A stretch of 63,413 nt of DNA, filler included, from Aduncisulcus paluster (GCA_024181965.1; 8 parts of 8 records of this genome joined end to end with filler, not necessarily neighbours in it); one strand, 5' to 3'; counted from the first letter of the whole stretch, positions 47,507-62,188 are shown. Program-made: numbers and translations. Notes: generated from the letters alone by a model not told the origin.

Positions 47507-50500
47507 TTACTTTTTCTTCCGAGACGATGCCTTTCTGAACTCTTTCAGCAAGTGAGTATGAGATGTAAATGTGGCATAAATTTCTGACATTCTTTGAGAT
47601 GACTCGTAATTTCCACATAAAATAACCTGATTCATGACTTTCTTCAATCTTTTAACAAGATCATCATCTTCTTTAAATGGAAGAGAGAGAGATAAACATT
47701 TCGATAATGAACTGATAGCAAGGCACTGGGTTTCATCATCAACAGTTGAAGAGGGCGCAAGGGTTTGTTGCCAAGGTTTCACGGCTTCTGCTAAAACAGA
47801 TATGATTTTTCTGGATAAAGATTGTAAAAAGGGAAATGATTCAGACATATCCCGTTTGCCGTCAGAAAACCCTAAGATTGAGAATAAATCATCAACTCTT
47901 GGATCTCCAGATGAATCTGATTGAGAGAACTCTTTCTCCAATGCAACTCGCTTCTTTCCAAGAACACATATACAACTTCCGAGCACATGTAATACAACCT
48001 TCACACTGTGAGTTGAATGAGGAACATCATTGGCTCGGGATAGACTTGTCTTGATAGATGGGGATAATATTTCTCCCACGGCATACTGTTCACTGCCTTT
48101 CACACCTAGAACAAGCATGGCAATGGGATGTGGATTATCATGATAGACAGAATACACAACCTTCTGCGATAGAACGCGATCAACGCTTGTAGGAATAAAT
48201 TTCTTTTCCCCCTTTGAAGCGGAAGAATGACAGTCTTTCTCCTTTTCAGGTTGTTTTTCGACACTTGTAAAAATATCCTCATCCTCTTCCTTCTTTTCTT
48301 TCTTTTTGGAAGGTAAAAACTCGATAGAAAATGCATCCAATTCAAGTTCTTCAATGGAAAGAACTTCACGCTTCAAGTCCGAATCATCTTTTTCACTCTC
48401 TTCCTCTTCTTCTTCCTCTTCGCATCCATCATGATCTTCTCTCACCATTGAAATCTTAAACAAATCATTAAGAAGAACGACAGAGGTTTCAAGAATTGTG
48501 ACAACATCTTTCACAGGCAAATATTCCAATATGCTTTCGATCTCAAGTGCAATCATCCTCCAATCAAAATGAGCATAACTTCTGACACACAATAGAAGCA
48601 GACTAACACCTTTCTTAACATCATTTGATTGGAACACATGGTCAAAGAAGGCATATGCATGATGGAATAATTGATTCTCATGTGAATTCTTTGTGATACT
48701 AATACTATCAAGAATAGGGAGAATACTGCTCACTCCATCAGATGATGAGCAAGCGTATCGAAGACATCGAACAGCAGCAACACGGAGGACAGGATCAATT
48801 GAGTAGCAATATTGTTTCACAAGATCCATTCTATCCCTAATTGTAGTCAGGATTGAGGAAGCAATTTCTTCATGGGTTGTTATTTGATGCGAGTTTATCA
48901 TCTTACAATACTCGCCAAGAGCTCTCAAACCCATATATATACCTCTGTTACATTTGGGATTGTCAATCAGATTGAAAGTACCACGCACAACAGCCTGAAT
49001 CGTTGTCTTCTCATTTCTAAGTTTAGGAATCCTAAAAATAATCTTCCCAATTTCAATAAGAAGAAGAGCCTTGATATTTGATTGTTTTACCCGGGGAGAT
49101 CGTTTTAAGTGTGCAACAAGGTGTTTTTTATGAAGATATTTCCTAATAGCCTTGTAAAATGACTCCCTATCTTCTTCAGAAATCCTAGAATCGCTGGTAA
49201 TATCAATGGCATCAAGAACATTTCCAACAGCCCTCAAGAGTAAATACGCAGAAAATGGTGCGGCCGTGGCACCATATGCTGGAGGATCATAGAATGGATT
49301 CCAATTTCGCTCTATGGTGGCCCGTGTTTGATTTGCATATTGCCCATTCCCAATACTACATATCTTGGCATTACAATGGTTACTATAAAATGTTAATAAC
49401 TCTAGACAATTTGCAGCAGCATTAAATAACCTGTGATTGTTTTTGTGAACAAAAGATGATTTGTACACAATCACAATGGAAGCATGGATGAGAGAAAACG
49501 GACACTGCCGTGATTGCAAAAGACACCTTGATCCAATACAGAGGATATCCACAGCACAATGCACTATGGAAGGGGGGAAAAGAAAAGGTTTAATGGATAA
49601 GGGAGAGGAAGATTCGGGATCAGGTTCAGTGGAAATGTCAGGAGAATCGGGCGGAAGAAGGGATTCCTTTGGAGGGGAATCTTTTTGGACAGTTTTTTTC
49701 TCCCATAGATCAGAGAAAGAAGGATGAGGTGTAGTTGGAATGAGTTCATCTTCCCACTCTTCTTTAGATTCTGACTTATCTTTGGATTGATCAGGATCTT
49801 TTGATCCATTATCATCATCAGANNNNNNNNNNNNNNNNNNNNATATCCACAGCACAATGCACTATGGAAGGGGGGAAAAGAAAAGGTTTAATGGATAAGG
49901 GAGAGGAAGATTCGGGATCAGGTTCAGTGGAAATGTCAGGAGAATCGGGCGGAAGAAGGGATTCCTTTGGAGGGGAATCTTTTTGGACAGTTTTTTTCTC
50001 CCATAGATCAGAGAAAGAAGGATGAGGTGTAGTTGGAATGAGTTCATCTTCCCACTCTTCTTTAGATTCTGACTTATCTTTGGATTGATCAGGATCTTTT
50101 GATCCATTATCATCATCAGAAGGAGAGATTGAGATAATTGATGTGCTTGAAGGGAGTGTAGATGTGATTCTGGACGATGAGCTTCCAGGTGAACATGGTT
50201 CCTCGCTCGATAATAATTTGACCGATGTAACAGGAACTTCTTTGAATTCAGAGATCGATTCTTCAATACCTTCCCATTTTCCTTCATGTAAATCACCTTC
50301 AAGGATACCATCAAGGGCCATATGCCGAACAATGACCGCGGCACATTTACATCTGACAGAAATAGCATATCTTCGGCTGGAATAAATCTTACATACTTGA
50401 TCTCCATAGATATCCCACCCTTCAACAGATGGATAGGAAGAAAAGAAGTGAAGGGCTAACAATTTCCTTCTTGTATCTTCAGAACAGAGGTCTTTTGTCA

Positions 50501-50819
50501 CAGTATTTATAATAAGAGGAAGATAATCAAGATTATGAGGTAGAAATACAGAAATACAGAAATAAGCAAGCGATTTGTCCCTAAAATCATCAGAAACGAG
50601 GAGAGAGATAGCTTGTGTTAATCCTACCTGAATATCACATCCTACAAGATAAGCATAGGTAAGTTTCATTAATGATCCTCGTAGCTTCTTTCTAGTCAAT
50701 TTAGTAGCAGAAAAATGACTTCGAATTCGTTGAAGTTGCTGTTGAATTGTTTCATGGAAAATATCATCAGTGGCATTACATGTTGTCTTAATAAGACGGA
50801 AAAAGCCTCTAGTGGCCAT
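47507..50819 (-). CDS. Divergent adaptin large subunit, AP-2 alpha-like N-terminal trunk
   Basis: MATRGFFRLI...QQLQRIRSHF...KLTYAYLVGCDIQVGLTQAISLLVS...DKSLAYFCISV aligns by eye to the alpha-adaptin N-terminus; gap with duplicated overlap at ~49830. Confidence 0.65.
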
Positions 50820-51202
50820 AATGCAGTTAGAATAATAAGCACAAGATATTATTGAACTGGATTGAAATGTCGATCCACTGACAAGATGTCATTATTCGAT
50901 AAGACTTATCCACAACAGTTCATTGAGAATCGCAATTTTCAAGAGCTAAATTCCTTTTAATCACTATATTGAAACCAAATGTGTCATTTCTATGATAAAA
51001 ATATGAAGAATTAAATAGATGAGGGGAAACAGATTCGAGTATGACACCACATCAAATTAGATCCAAAAAAAATTCGAATTATTATTCTAACATATTAGAT
51101 TGNNNNNNNNNNNNNNNNNNNNNNNNNNNNNNNNNNNNNNNNNNNNTTAATTAATTAANNNNNNNNNNNNNNNNNNNNNNNNNNNNNNNNNNNNNNNNNN
51201 NN

Positions 51203-54200
51203 CACAAGAGTTGTACACAATCGTGCCACATATGGAGCGTTTGGGTTTGTGTTTGGCTTCAGTATCATCTTGAGACTTAGAGTAGAAATCAACAAAGCTC
51301 TTGGAAGTCGTGGAAGAGGAGATGTAGTCTTGGATCTGAGCAAGACCGAGATCAGAGAGAACAATGGCGCAATCGATTGTCTTGGGTTCAACACGAACAA
51401 GGAAGTTGCCAGGCTTAATGTCTCGGTGAATAAGGTCGGGCTTGGCTTTGAACACTTCGGAAAGACACTCGATCATTCCAACACACAATGCACTCACTCT
51501 CAGAGGATCAAGAGTCATGGGGTCAATGCGAGTGGAGCTTGAGTCAGAGTCAGAGCTTGAGTCTTCAGATTCAACAGAGGAGCTTGAACATCCACGTCCA
51601 TACTTGCCTCCAACACACCAACTCCTGGAAAAGTCTTTCACACTGCCTCCAATACAAAACTCCATGCAAAACCCATACACGCCTTTGAAGTCCTCGTCAA
51701 GAAGGTCAAGCATGTACAAAGGCCGAGGGATACGGTTGAAACATTTATGATTGTTAAACAACTTTCTTTGCACCTTAAACTCCTTGCGACATGTCTTGAC
51801 AACTTTTTTATCTGCAATTTTGATCATCTTCTTCAGAACACAGGGAATAGGAATACCTTCAACCTTGACAAGAAGAACTTCACCAAATCCGCCATCACCA
51901 ATGATGCACTGAGGAGTGATGGTTGCAGAGGAAGTGAGAATGAAAGATTCGCGTCCCAGGGGAACATCTTCACCTCGAATGAAAATAAGGGACCTGATTT
52001 CAAATATCCTACTCTTTTCCTCAATCCATCTTCCTTTCCCTTCAATATCACATGAACTAACATTCAACAAATCGATAGGAAGGAAGTGCCATTCGTATTC
52101 ATGTTTTGGTTCTGTGAATTCATACTTCTTGGATGTCTTCTTACCATAATAATTAGTGAAAGTGAAGAGAAGAGAGGGTGAACTATAATCATTCACAGAT
52201 ATAAGCACCCTTTATATGGCTTGATGGAAAAAAGATACGAAGATGAGATAAGGTAACTTTTCCTTCTCCCTGAAACATTTTTTGTGCTTGTAATCTCTGA
52301 TCATACTCTACAGATTCCACACTTTTTGAATTATTTGTTGCCCGTAGATCACTTGGACGGATAACAAAAAGTTCATTTCGAGCAATTGGAGGAGAAGATA
52401 TGTCTCCTTCTGTAATAAACTCAGGTTTTATCACAATCTAATTTATCGAAAAAAAAAGTAAAATAAGATTTAAAAAAATAAGAAAATAAAAAAATAAATT
52501 TACATACAGCTTCACGCCACATTTTTGAAACAAGAGCCTCGGCCAATTCTCGATTGGCGGTTTCTTCAGAAAGTTCTTCCCGCACAAAAGCAAGAGAGTG
52601 AACTGCAAATTCCTCCCGGCCAGTTCCTTGAGATTCCCCTTCAATTTCACATAGATCAACACCAGAGAGATCAATTGGGAGGAGAAACCAACGTAGAGAT
52701 AATATGCCTTCAATTGGATTATCAAATAGATACTTTATGGATTGCTGCTCTTGTGTTGAGCAAGAGAAAGTGAAGATGAGAAACTTTGGAGGTTTCATAA
52801 AACTAAGACTTTGTAAACATATATAAGCACATTTAATGTGATGAGAATGGGAAAAACGGATGGAAATATGAGTGAATCTTCCACCTGACTGTTCATCTTT
52901 CATCATAAAGATTCCTTCTGAATTCTCACCTTTTATCATTTTTTGTGCAAAATATCTCCAGGTATGAGAACGGTCACTTTTCCAAAAAGTTCCCTCCCGT
53001 TTCTGGTCCTTAAGTTTGTCGTCATATTCATTCCTCGCTTCAACACTGGCAGGATTGACGATCCTTGAATCATCTCGAGGGATTGGAATACATGAAAATC
53101 CTCCTTCGTTAATCCACTCAGCTTTTTGGACATACATGCGTTTTTCTAGGAACACAAGAGAGTTAATTCTAAAGTGGCGATCAAATTCATTAGAATTTTC
53201 AATCTCACACTTTACCACATTTGACAAATCTATAGGAAGGAAATGCCATTCATTTTCATGTTTAGATTCAGTCAATTCATACTTCTTGAAAATCTTTGTG
53301 CCATGGTAATCGGTGAAAGAAAAGAAAAGATGAGCTATAACACCGACAAACACAGATATAAGCACCTTTCATCATACAGGGCGATGAAAAAGGGATGGAA
53401 AGACGGGATAACTCGACATCACATAGTCCTTTTAACATTCCTTGAGCTCGTGGACTCTTATCATATTTTTCCTTAAATTTCTTACTATATAGATAATCAA
53501 TTCCCTCCACATTATCAAATGCTGGATTAATAATTGTTGGGTCACTTCGAGGGATAGGAATAGAATGTCTACTTCCTTCCTTCATAAACTCTGCCATCAC
53601 TGGAGGAATTTTAGACCAAAGTTTCTCACAATCTAACCTGGATTTCTGAGAAGTTCTTGATTCTTCAAGGGTTTCTTTTCGAACAAAAGCTATTGAAGTG
53701 ATTTCAAGTTTAGAGCTTTCTGTAACCATCTCAATCGTAAAACTCGTAATATCATCGAGATGAATTGGAAGATAATACCAATGGACAGGGTTTGTGGGTA
53801 TTAAGTCAGGAAATTTATAGATCTTGGTCGTTTTCTCTCCTAGAGACGAAGAAATGAACACTGGATGAGCGGAGTTAAGAGACAAATTCCGAGAAGTGAA
53901 GGTTATATAAAGTTGAGATGGTAACTGGTCAGAAAATGAAATGTATGCACCTTCAAGGGAGGAGGGGTTTCGGAAGGAGTGTGTCTCGATGTTGGAATCT
54001 TCGAATTTAATGGGACCAATTTCAGCAGAGATAATTTTTGGGGAATGATCTTCTCGAGAGATAGGAACAATACGACGATCTAAAACTTGACAAATTGGCT
54101 GAGCATCATACGTTTCAATCTTGGAGAAAACAGATAATGTTGATATTATGTTTTTTTAGGGTTAGAACTAATCAGGACATCTAAATCGGGCAAAACAAAG

Positions 54201-54353
54201 AAATTGTAAACATACAGGGTTTAAACTAGTATAAGTTGAGCTTGGAAATAACGATTCATTGGATGATTCATCTTCACTTTTTTCGTCCTTGGCAGGAGAG
54301 TCTTCTGAAACTCGATACGTGGTTGAGTCCGACTTTGAATGAATTGGGCGCAT
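51203..54353 (-). pseudogene. Repeat-domain protein kinase gene with introns (54215-54120 probable, 52507-52438) and two frameshifts (~53330, ~52195); pseudogene or sequence error; 3'-partial
   Basis: Tandem GAYIC...FLPIDL..V..CEIE domains, then GDGGFGEV, VLKK, HRDIKPGN, DLG. The reading frame jumps just after GAYIC twice. Confidence 0.6.
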
Positions 54354-54475
54354 AAATAATAATATTTAAAGAGAGNNNNNNNNNNNNNNNNNNNNNNNNN
54401 NNNNNNNNNNNNNNNNNNNTTAATTAATTAANNNNNNNNNNNNNNNNNNNNNNNNNNNNNNNNNNNNNNNNNNNN

Positions 54476-55845
54476 CTGTGACGGACAGACTTGAACCATT
54501 TGTTACTCTTAGCATCAAGAGGGAGATAGATTGTGTCGTTGAAACCCAATTCACTCACTCTCACACAACGCTGGTTCAAGGAAGCGATGGCAGCATCAAC
54601 AGAGATCTCAGGGAGGAAGAGGGAGAAAACAATCGTGTTCTTCTTTGTCCCTGGACGAAGCATGGGGACACACGTGAATTCTCGACCCTGATGTGGGAAT
54701 GTGGACACTGTTTGTAACGGAACGGATGAGGGCTGGAAATCAAGGAATATGTGACTACAATTACTCGTGGAATCATACTTGTTGTCGCCGAATGAGAATG
54801 TATCGGTGGCTGAAGATGGAACAGAGATACTGTACTCACTCCAAGGATGGAAGAAACTATCAGACCCAGAGACATGGGATGTGGAACGTTTGGATGGGAC
54901 TTCAGAACATCTGAGTGCATGGATATGGCTTGACAACGCATTGTAGGGCTGGAGTTGGACCATTTGTCTCATTGAAGAGCAGGAATTACAAGTGTTGGTG
55001 ACAAACATGGAACCATCTCGGAGACAACATCTGAAATGGAATCGACCACAGCAATTTGTGCATACTCTGACTTCTTCGCAACACGATGGAGAAAGACAAC
55101 ATGGGCAGAGTGGTGCATTGGAAAGTAAGGGGAGAAGGGGGGCTGGAACATATTTCTCGGGATTGTTGGGAATAAATAGCTTTTTATGGGTCAGAGATGA
55201 GAGTTTGGGATGTGATTTCTTGATGTGTGCGGTTAAGTCAGGTTCAATAGCAAATGATTCACCACATATAGAACAAACATATGGAAAGAAAGGAGTATGA
55301 TTGGAAATGTGATGTTGATGGAGGTCGCCGATCTGAATAGCTGAATAATCACATAATGGACACCCATATTGAGTTTTAGATTCATGGACTGAGCGGATGT
55401 GCCTGGTTAAATGACCCTTTTGAGTAAAATATTTCCCACAAATGGTGCATTCATGTTTTTTAGATCCATGAACAGAATTAATATGAAGGGTTAGGTTACC
55501 TTTCTTATCAAAAGAACTAGAACATCCTGGTTTTGAGCAAGCAAAGGATTTATGGTTTTCAATCTTTGCATGGGCTTCCATTTTGTTAATGCTAGAAAAC
55601 TTAGCATGACATTGAGCACAATAATAACAATCTTTCCCTTCTGTGTAGTCAAATAAAATTGATTCAGGGATCTTTTTTGAACTTTTGGGATCTAATCCAG
55701 GTTTTGTGGAACATTCTTTCTCTTTTCCTTTCTTTGAACCCCTTTTTGAAGTTGAATTGATATGATTTTCTGTTTTTCCGATACTTTTCATTTGCAGATC
55801 AAGAAGATGTGCAAGAAAGAATGGATGATTGGATGTGAAACGCAA
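54476..55845 (-). CDS. C2H2 zinc-finger protein (5 fingers) with PHD/RING-like Cys-rich domain, 3'-partial
   Basis: CAQC..HAKIENH, CSKPGC..HINSVH, CTICGKYFTQKGHLTRHIRSVH and others; CPCC...CTNCCGRFHFRC...CNSC. Confidence 0.85.
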
Positions 55846-56440
55846 GGGAAATGGAAATGAAAGTCAAGCAATCTCCAATTGCCGGAAATGGGGAATAATA
55901 TCGAGAAAAGGGAGGTAGAGATTGAAATATGTCAATTAAATTGTATTTTTAAGAATAATATAAATAATTTAAATTAATTATTATTTCCAATCAATGAGAG
56001 AAAGGGAATAGAGTATTAAACCATGAAAGGATAAATCTATTCAATATTAAAGGATTTAACAGAATTTTAATTTTGGCATTGATAATATATACAACATATT
56101 ACAATTGGAAATAAACTATTCATCCGTAGAGACTGAAATATACTGTTAGAGAGTGAAAATAGAAGAAAAGATGGGTAAAGAAGGATATTTTTCAAGTTAT
56201 TTCCAAATCTTTCATTGAAAATTACGTCAGAAAAAATGATATTCAATTGAGATTAAGTGATAAGGAGACAAAACATCCTATTCATGAATGGAGACGTCAT
56301 AAAAGAACATAAAAACATAGAATCGTGTCTAGATTATATTTAAAGCGATATTTATCCAATTAAATAAACAGATTGCAACCAAATTCCCAAGAAAACGATG
56401 ACTTGCAGTTTTCTTTGCTATATAAGGTTGAAATCAATTT

Positions 56441-59400
56441 TTGATGAAGATTTCGATTTTAAAGAAACATTTATTTGAAGAATATAATACACCTGAAGGA
56501 TCATTTGTTCTTCAAGCCAAGGAAAACCTTTTCGTCATTGCTCAACCGCAATGTGCAGAAATCACTGGATTTACTCCGATTTCAATTAAAGATGCTGAAA
56601 GCATTACAATTATTATCCCTGATTATTCTTCTTCCAAAGTATTTTCCGACAAAACTGCAGGAATCGCTTTTCACAATTGTTTACGATTGATTAGTGGTGA
56701 TTTTTATGATAGTTATGTAGAAAATCCATCTGAGGATAATATAGCAGTGATCAAATCGCTTAGATATTTGATAGAATACACAATATCTCATTCATCTTGT
56801 TCTTTTGTCCATATAAACCCTCATGTCGTTGTTTTATACCGAGCTTTTCCTGCTGGTCCGTCTGTAATTGCCTCTTCTCAATCTAATATATTCACTTTAT
56901 CATCATTTTCCACCAATGCCATGAACCAGCTCCATAAGTCATGGATGGATCCTATTCTTAAGCCTAAACAATTTAATTCGAGTGAATCTGTCGATATTCC
57001 CAATGATACAGCATCAGAAACACACGGTCAATCACCTATTACCTCTTCTGAGTCTCCCGAGAGCAAAGCATCTGATTTTATTGTTGATCCTGCTCTTATT
57101 GTTGAGATAAAACCAGGATTACATTTCTTCCCTCTTACAACTGACACTCAAATCCACACATATACGACTCCTCCTTCTCCTTGTCCAATTTCAACTCCTC
57201 TATCCTCTTCTTCCTCTTCCTCTTCCTCCTCCTCTTCTTCATCTTCTTCCTCTTCTTCCTTTTCTTCATCTATTCCCACGATTACACCATTCCAACGGAG
57301 CGATGGAATTTGTAAGTGTTTCGAAGGTTGGTCTTCTGGCTGGGAGATTGAAGGTGAGAGAAAATGGGGATTTGAAGCAGGGAAAACTGAAGAAATTGAA
57401 CCTAAAATGACGAAAGAGGAAGAAAAAGAAGAAGAAATAGAACCCAAGAAGTTACATTCTTCTTCTTCTTCTTCTTCTTCTTCTCTCTCTCTTCCTTCTT
57501 CTCCTTCTATCTCCTTGCCGAATCTCAATAATTGGGTTAAATCAATGTTAATTGAACAAGGATTTCCTTCCCCTCTCTTGTGTTCTGAACCCTCGAATAG
57601 TTCTGATGATCTCAAATCTTTAATATTGTCCTCCCACCTTACCCCTTCTTCCTCTTCTTCTCTCTTCCTCTCTTCTTTTCTAAAATCTTTTCCAAGGCTT
57701 CCAAAAGAAACCTTTTCTCTATTTTCGGGCGGTTTGGACTCGTCTTTGTGTGCCTTCGGGGGCTTGGTTAATATTGTTAAGGAAGAACAAGAGAAATATT
57801 TGAAAGAGCTTAAAGAAATGGAAAAAGAAGAGGAAGAGAAGAAGAGGAAGAAGAAAGAGGAAGAGGAAGAAGAGGGAAAAGAAGGAGAAGAAACTCAAGA
57901 TGATGGTTCAACACAAAAAAAGAGAAAGAAGAAGAGGAAATCTTGTACCAAGAAATCTCAGCAATATTCTCATCGAAAATTAACTTTAATTAACCTTGCT
58001 TTCTCTCCCTTGGCGCCTGATAGAGCTCTGAGCATCAATTCATTCAAAGATCTCATAGTTGCTGGCTGTACAAAAGATAGAATCATCAAGGGAATTCAAG
58101 GAAAGCTTTTGAATCCTTTGATAAACGAAGACACTCTGAAAACTGACAATGACACTGATTATTCTTTCAAAATATCTAATTTTAGAATGAGAAACTCTGG
58201 TTCTTTCGTAAATGGTAAGGCCTCGAGAAAAGGAGGAAAAGGAAGGAAAGGGAAGAAGAGTTTTGATGAAGGAAGCGAGCAAGGTGAAGATAAACAATTG
58301 GTTGAATTTGTTCTATCTGATGTGTACAAAAGCGAGGCCATTAAACCTCAAAATCCTCCGCCACCTTTCATCCATGATGATATAAATAGATTAAATGCTG
58401 TTATAAAAATAGATTTTGAGAACATCCATTCTTCTCTTGATTCTTGTTCTTCTGAAAGTATCTCAAAAGAAGAATGTAGTTCTATTGGTACAAAAGAAGC
58501 AGAAAAAGAACAACGTCATCATTCTTCTTCTCACCGTATTCTATATTTAGATATTTCTTTGCTATTATTAGATGTGAGTGAATCCACTGGTGCATATATC
58601 CGAAAAGCCATCCCATCCCTTGTAGAGCCTCGTCCTATCTGTGTTATGGACATTAACATTTCTGCTGCTCTCTATCTTGGTGAAAGGACGAGTTATATTG
58701 CAAGTATTATTGAATATTATATTTCCAATCTCAGTAATAATAATTCTGTTAATGATTCACCCTTTTTACAATCGACTAAAGGAGAAGAATCTTCCGATAT
58801 ATTGAAGAAAAGAGAAGAAACAAAAGCAAAAGAATACGAAGAATTGGTTGAAAGGAAGAAGATGAGGAGGAAAAGACTAAAAGCTTGGAAAAAACTTGAT
58901 GCGAAGAGGAAGAAGGAAGAAGAGGAGAAAATGCAACCTCCAAAAAAATCTTCTCTTGGGAAATCAAACCCCAATATTATTGAAGCTAAAAACGAAGATG
59001 AAGAGGAGGAAGATCATGAAGCAGAAGAAGAAGAGGAAGAAGAGGAAGAGGAAGAGGAAGAGGAAGAAGATCTTTTCGATGCATTGAAAGAAGATCTAAG
59101 CACCACCCATCCTGGGAAAGTGTCTCTCTCAGCTGCTAGAAAACACATTGTGTCGCTTGTTGTTCACGGTACCGATCTTGCCCCTGACACTGACACTGAC
59201 ACTGACACAACTGATGATTGTTCTATTTTTAGGCATGTTTGTTCGAATATTGTGTGTTCAAATATCCGTTCATTGTGGAAGAATCTTTCTGTAAACATGG
59301 AGAAATCTGAATTGAGTAGGAAAAGACTAAAAGCTTGGAAAAAACTTGATGCGAAGAGGAAGAAGGAAGAAGAGGAGAAAATGCAACCTCCAAAAAAATC

Positions 59401-59473
59401 TTCTCTTGGGAAATCAAACCCCAATATTATTGAAGCTAAAAACGAAGATGAAGAGGAGGAAGATCATGAAGCA

Positions 59474-59505
<32 letters not shown>

Positions 59506-60129
59506 AGAGGAAGAGGAAGAAGATCTTTTCGATGCATTGAAAGAAGATCTAAGCACCACCCATCCTGGGAAAGTGTCTCTCTCAGCTGCTAGAAAACACA
59601 TTGTGTCGCTTGTTGTTCACGGTACCGATCTTGCCCCTGACACTGACACTGACACTGACACAACTGATGATTGTTCTATTTTTAGGCATGTTTGTTCGAA
59701 TATTGTGTGTTCAAATATCCGTTCATTGTGGAAGAATCTTTCTGTAAACATGGAGAAATCTGAATTGAGTAAGAAAATATTTGCTCGGGATGAAGAGGAG
59801 GAAGAGAGAGAGAAAGAAGAGAAAGAGAGAAGATTCAATCAAAAGAAAAGGTTAGAGATTGAAGCAAAACAGATTCAGGACGAAGAAATGTGTATTGTTG
59901 AAGCCAATGTTGAAGAAGAACAGAAGAAACTAAGGAAGGAAAACAAGATAAAAGATGAACAGTTAGCCAAAGAATATGAACTATTCCTGCTTAATGAAGA
60001 TAACAAGGAACCAATTCTCCAACATTCTTGTCTTGTGGGTCTTTATTTGTTCTCTTGCCGTGAAATTTGGAATTTTATCGTTGGAGAAAAGAAAGTTGTT
60101 GAGGAAAAGAAGGAAGAAAAGAAACAGAA
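56441..60129 (+). CDS. Asparagine synthetase domain-containing protein (ASNSD1-like) with low-complexity insertions, 3'-partial
   Basis: PP-loop LFSGGLDS, LINLAF...APDR, LVEPRPICVMDINISAALY; internal 450-bp in-frame duplication (58868-59317 vs 59318-59770). Confidence 0.7.
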
Positions 60130-60229
60130 NNNNNNNNNNNNNNNNNNNNNNNNNNNNNNNNNNNNNNNNNNNNTTAATTAATTAANNNNNNNNNNNNNNN
60201 NNNNNNNNNNNNNNNNNNNNNNNNNNNNN

Positions 60230-61095
60230 CATCAAGACGTGGTGGGAGTGGCCTTGGATCCTCAGCAAGTTATGCTTCGACCGATGGACCTTCGCTGCCC
60301 CGTAACCTCTCAGAGGCTCTGGACAGGAGAAGGGCTTTGCTCAAGAAGAAGGCAGAGATCGAGGCAAAGATGCAGAATGCAAAGAAAATGACGGATGATC
60401 CCTATGAACAACGTCAAAAGGAACGTGAACTTCACATGGAAATGTTATTACAACGACAAAAGGATGCTGAGGAACGTGAACTTAGAGAACGTAAAGAGAA
60501 AGTTGAAAAAATGAGATCCCAAGGACCATTGGCGAGAGACATGACGGACGATGATATCCGAAGAGAGAATCATGCCCGTGAACTTGAACAACGACGCCTT
60601 GAACAAGAGAGGTGGCAATATGGAGCTCCTCCACCCGGTGTTGGTACAGGTGTTGGGAGCAGTGTAGGAGGTAGCATGATTCCTCCTCACTTGAGAGACA
60701 AGGAGATGCAACAACAGATATCACAACAAGTTGCCAATCAAATTCAAGAACAAGATGGATTCACACAGCATATGAAGCATCACACACAGCAAGGAGCTGC
60801 TCAAGTTGCTGCCGCGAGAGCTGAAAAACAACTCCATTCCAAGCCACCCATGGCAACAGAGTTCGATTTCAAGGATGCTGAGCGAGATATCTCACGTTTG
60901 GAGCATCATTTGAGCGACAATCAGTTGGAAAGACAGCGATGTGTTGAAGAATTGGATAAAATGAGTAGAATTCAAACAAGATCAAAGAAAAACATTCAAA
61001 GGAGGAAATTCTTGGAACAGAAAATCAAGGATCTCACTGGGACAATATCACAACAAAGAGTCAAATTAAGAGAATTGGAGGGCTATTTAGCTTAA
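60230..61095 (+). CDS. Coiled-coil protein C-terminus (MPHOSPH9/enkurin-like terminal motif), probably 5'-partial
   Basis: LE.HL...QLERQR..EELDKM....TRSKKNIQRRKFLEQKIKDL..TISQQRVKLREL. Confidence 0.45.
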
Positions 61096-61768
61096 TTTAT
61101 TACTTGAATGGTAGATTGCACAGTATTATTGTTTTCATATTCCCCACTTTTTGTTTATTTTTCAGATAGAAGATTGCCTCTTGTGAATCTTATCTCTAAC
61201 CAGCTTCACCTTTTCACGCCACATTGTAATACATGTTAGAAAAATTTTCAATCACACACAATGATTGATGATTCATTCTCACTGTTCTATAAATAGTATT
61301 TGAGTGGAGGATATTGTATTAATATGGTTTATAATCGAACGAAGTATAGGATCATGGACAATAATTGAAAAGTACGGATATCCAACATAATATGACCTAA
61401 TTCTTCAAATTTTCATATTTTGTTAATGTAACATTAATAATGTTAATATTTAAATCCATATTCACTCAATCTCATCAATTCCTCCCTCTAATATTTATCA
61501 AAACATAATAATATTCTATTTACATCTTTATTCTGATCTATTTTTAGGATCATTAAGTGTTCAAGTCGAACCTCACAAATTTCTGTATTCATGATTATAT
61601 TTCCATTGTATGGAGAATTATTCAACTTATTGAAGAGAAAACTATAAAAGTAAAAGAAAAATCTCACTTAAATTCGAGTATCATACTCGCGAGTATGATC
61701 TAAAGAAGAATTCAAAGAACCTATTCGGGGGGAAGTAAGAAGGGTTCAGAATAATAATTGTATAATAT

Positions 61769-62188
61769 TTATGGGGATTCTTTGGCAAAAATATAATCTA
61801 AATCATCATCGAAGTCAGCAGCTCGAATTGATGTGACCTGATGATACAGGTTGCCTTTCAACAAACTATCGGTAATGGTGAAAGGAAAACATTTTGATGG
61901 ATCTGAAATTGCTTCAATTTGCGAATAAAAATCATATTTATACTCAAATCGTGAGTCTAAATAATCTTTTACCATCTGAGGGTGAATTATAAATTTTGGA
62001 TCTCTTTTCATTTCTATTGGCTGCATATCATAATATTTTTTGGCAATTTCAGTTAGACATAGGATATGAAAATGGTAAGAAACACCGATAGGAGGAAATT
62101 TCTGTAAATACATCATTATTCCTATTTGAGAACATAATGGAAGTTTCTGAGACTCCTCAGGCCCTGGCACCTTCGATTTTTTTTCCAT
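61769..62188 (-). CDS. Eaf7/MRGBP-like chromatin (NuA4/TINTIN) subunit
   Basis: YLQKFPPIGVSYHFHILCL...IHPQMVKDYLDSRFEY resembles the Eaf7 motif KPVG..RHF.M..I...IW..L...YDL. Confidence 0.55.
   Translation of the reverse strand: MEKKSKVPGPEESQKLPLCSQIGIMMYLQKFPPIGVSYHFHILCLTEIAKKYYDMQPIEMKRDPKFIIHPQMVKDYLDSRFEYKYDFYSQIEAISDPSKCFPFTITDSLLKGNLYHQVTSIRAADFDDDLDYIFAKESP

Noticed and set aside
30346-49900. Direct repeats flanking the ~20-N gaps (near 30600, 33260, 35630, 44790, 49830) as LTRs or segmental duplications
   Set aside because: Matching copies sit directly on either side of scaffold gaps, i.e. unmerged contig overlaps.
58868-59770. 450-bp in-frame internal duplication in the ASNSD1-like gene as a real domain repeat
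   Set aside because: The copies differ only by about one GAA codon, consistent with two alleles assembled in tandem.
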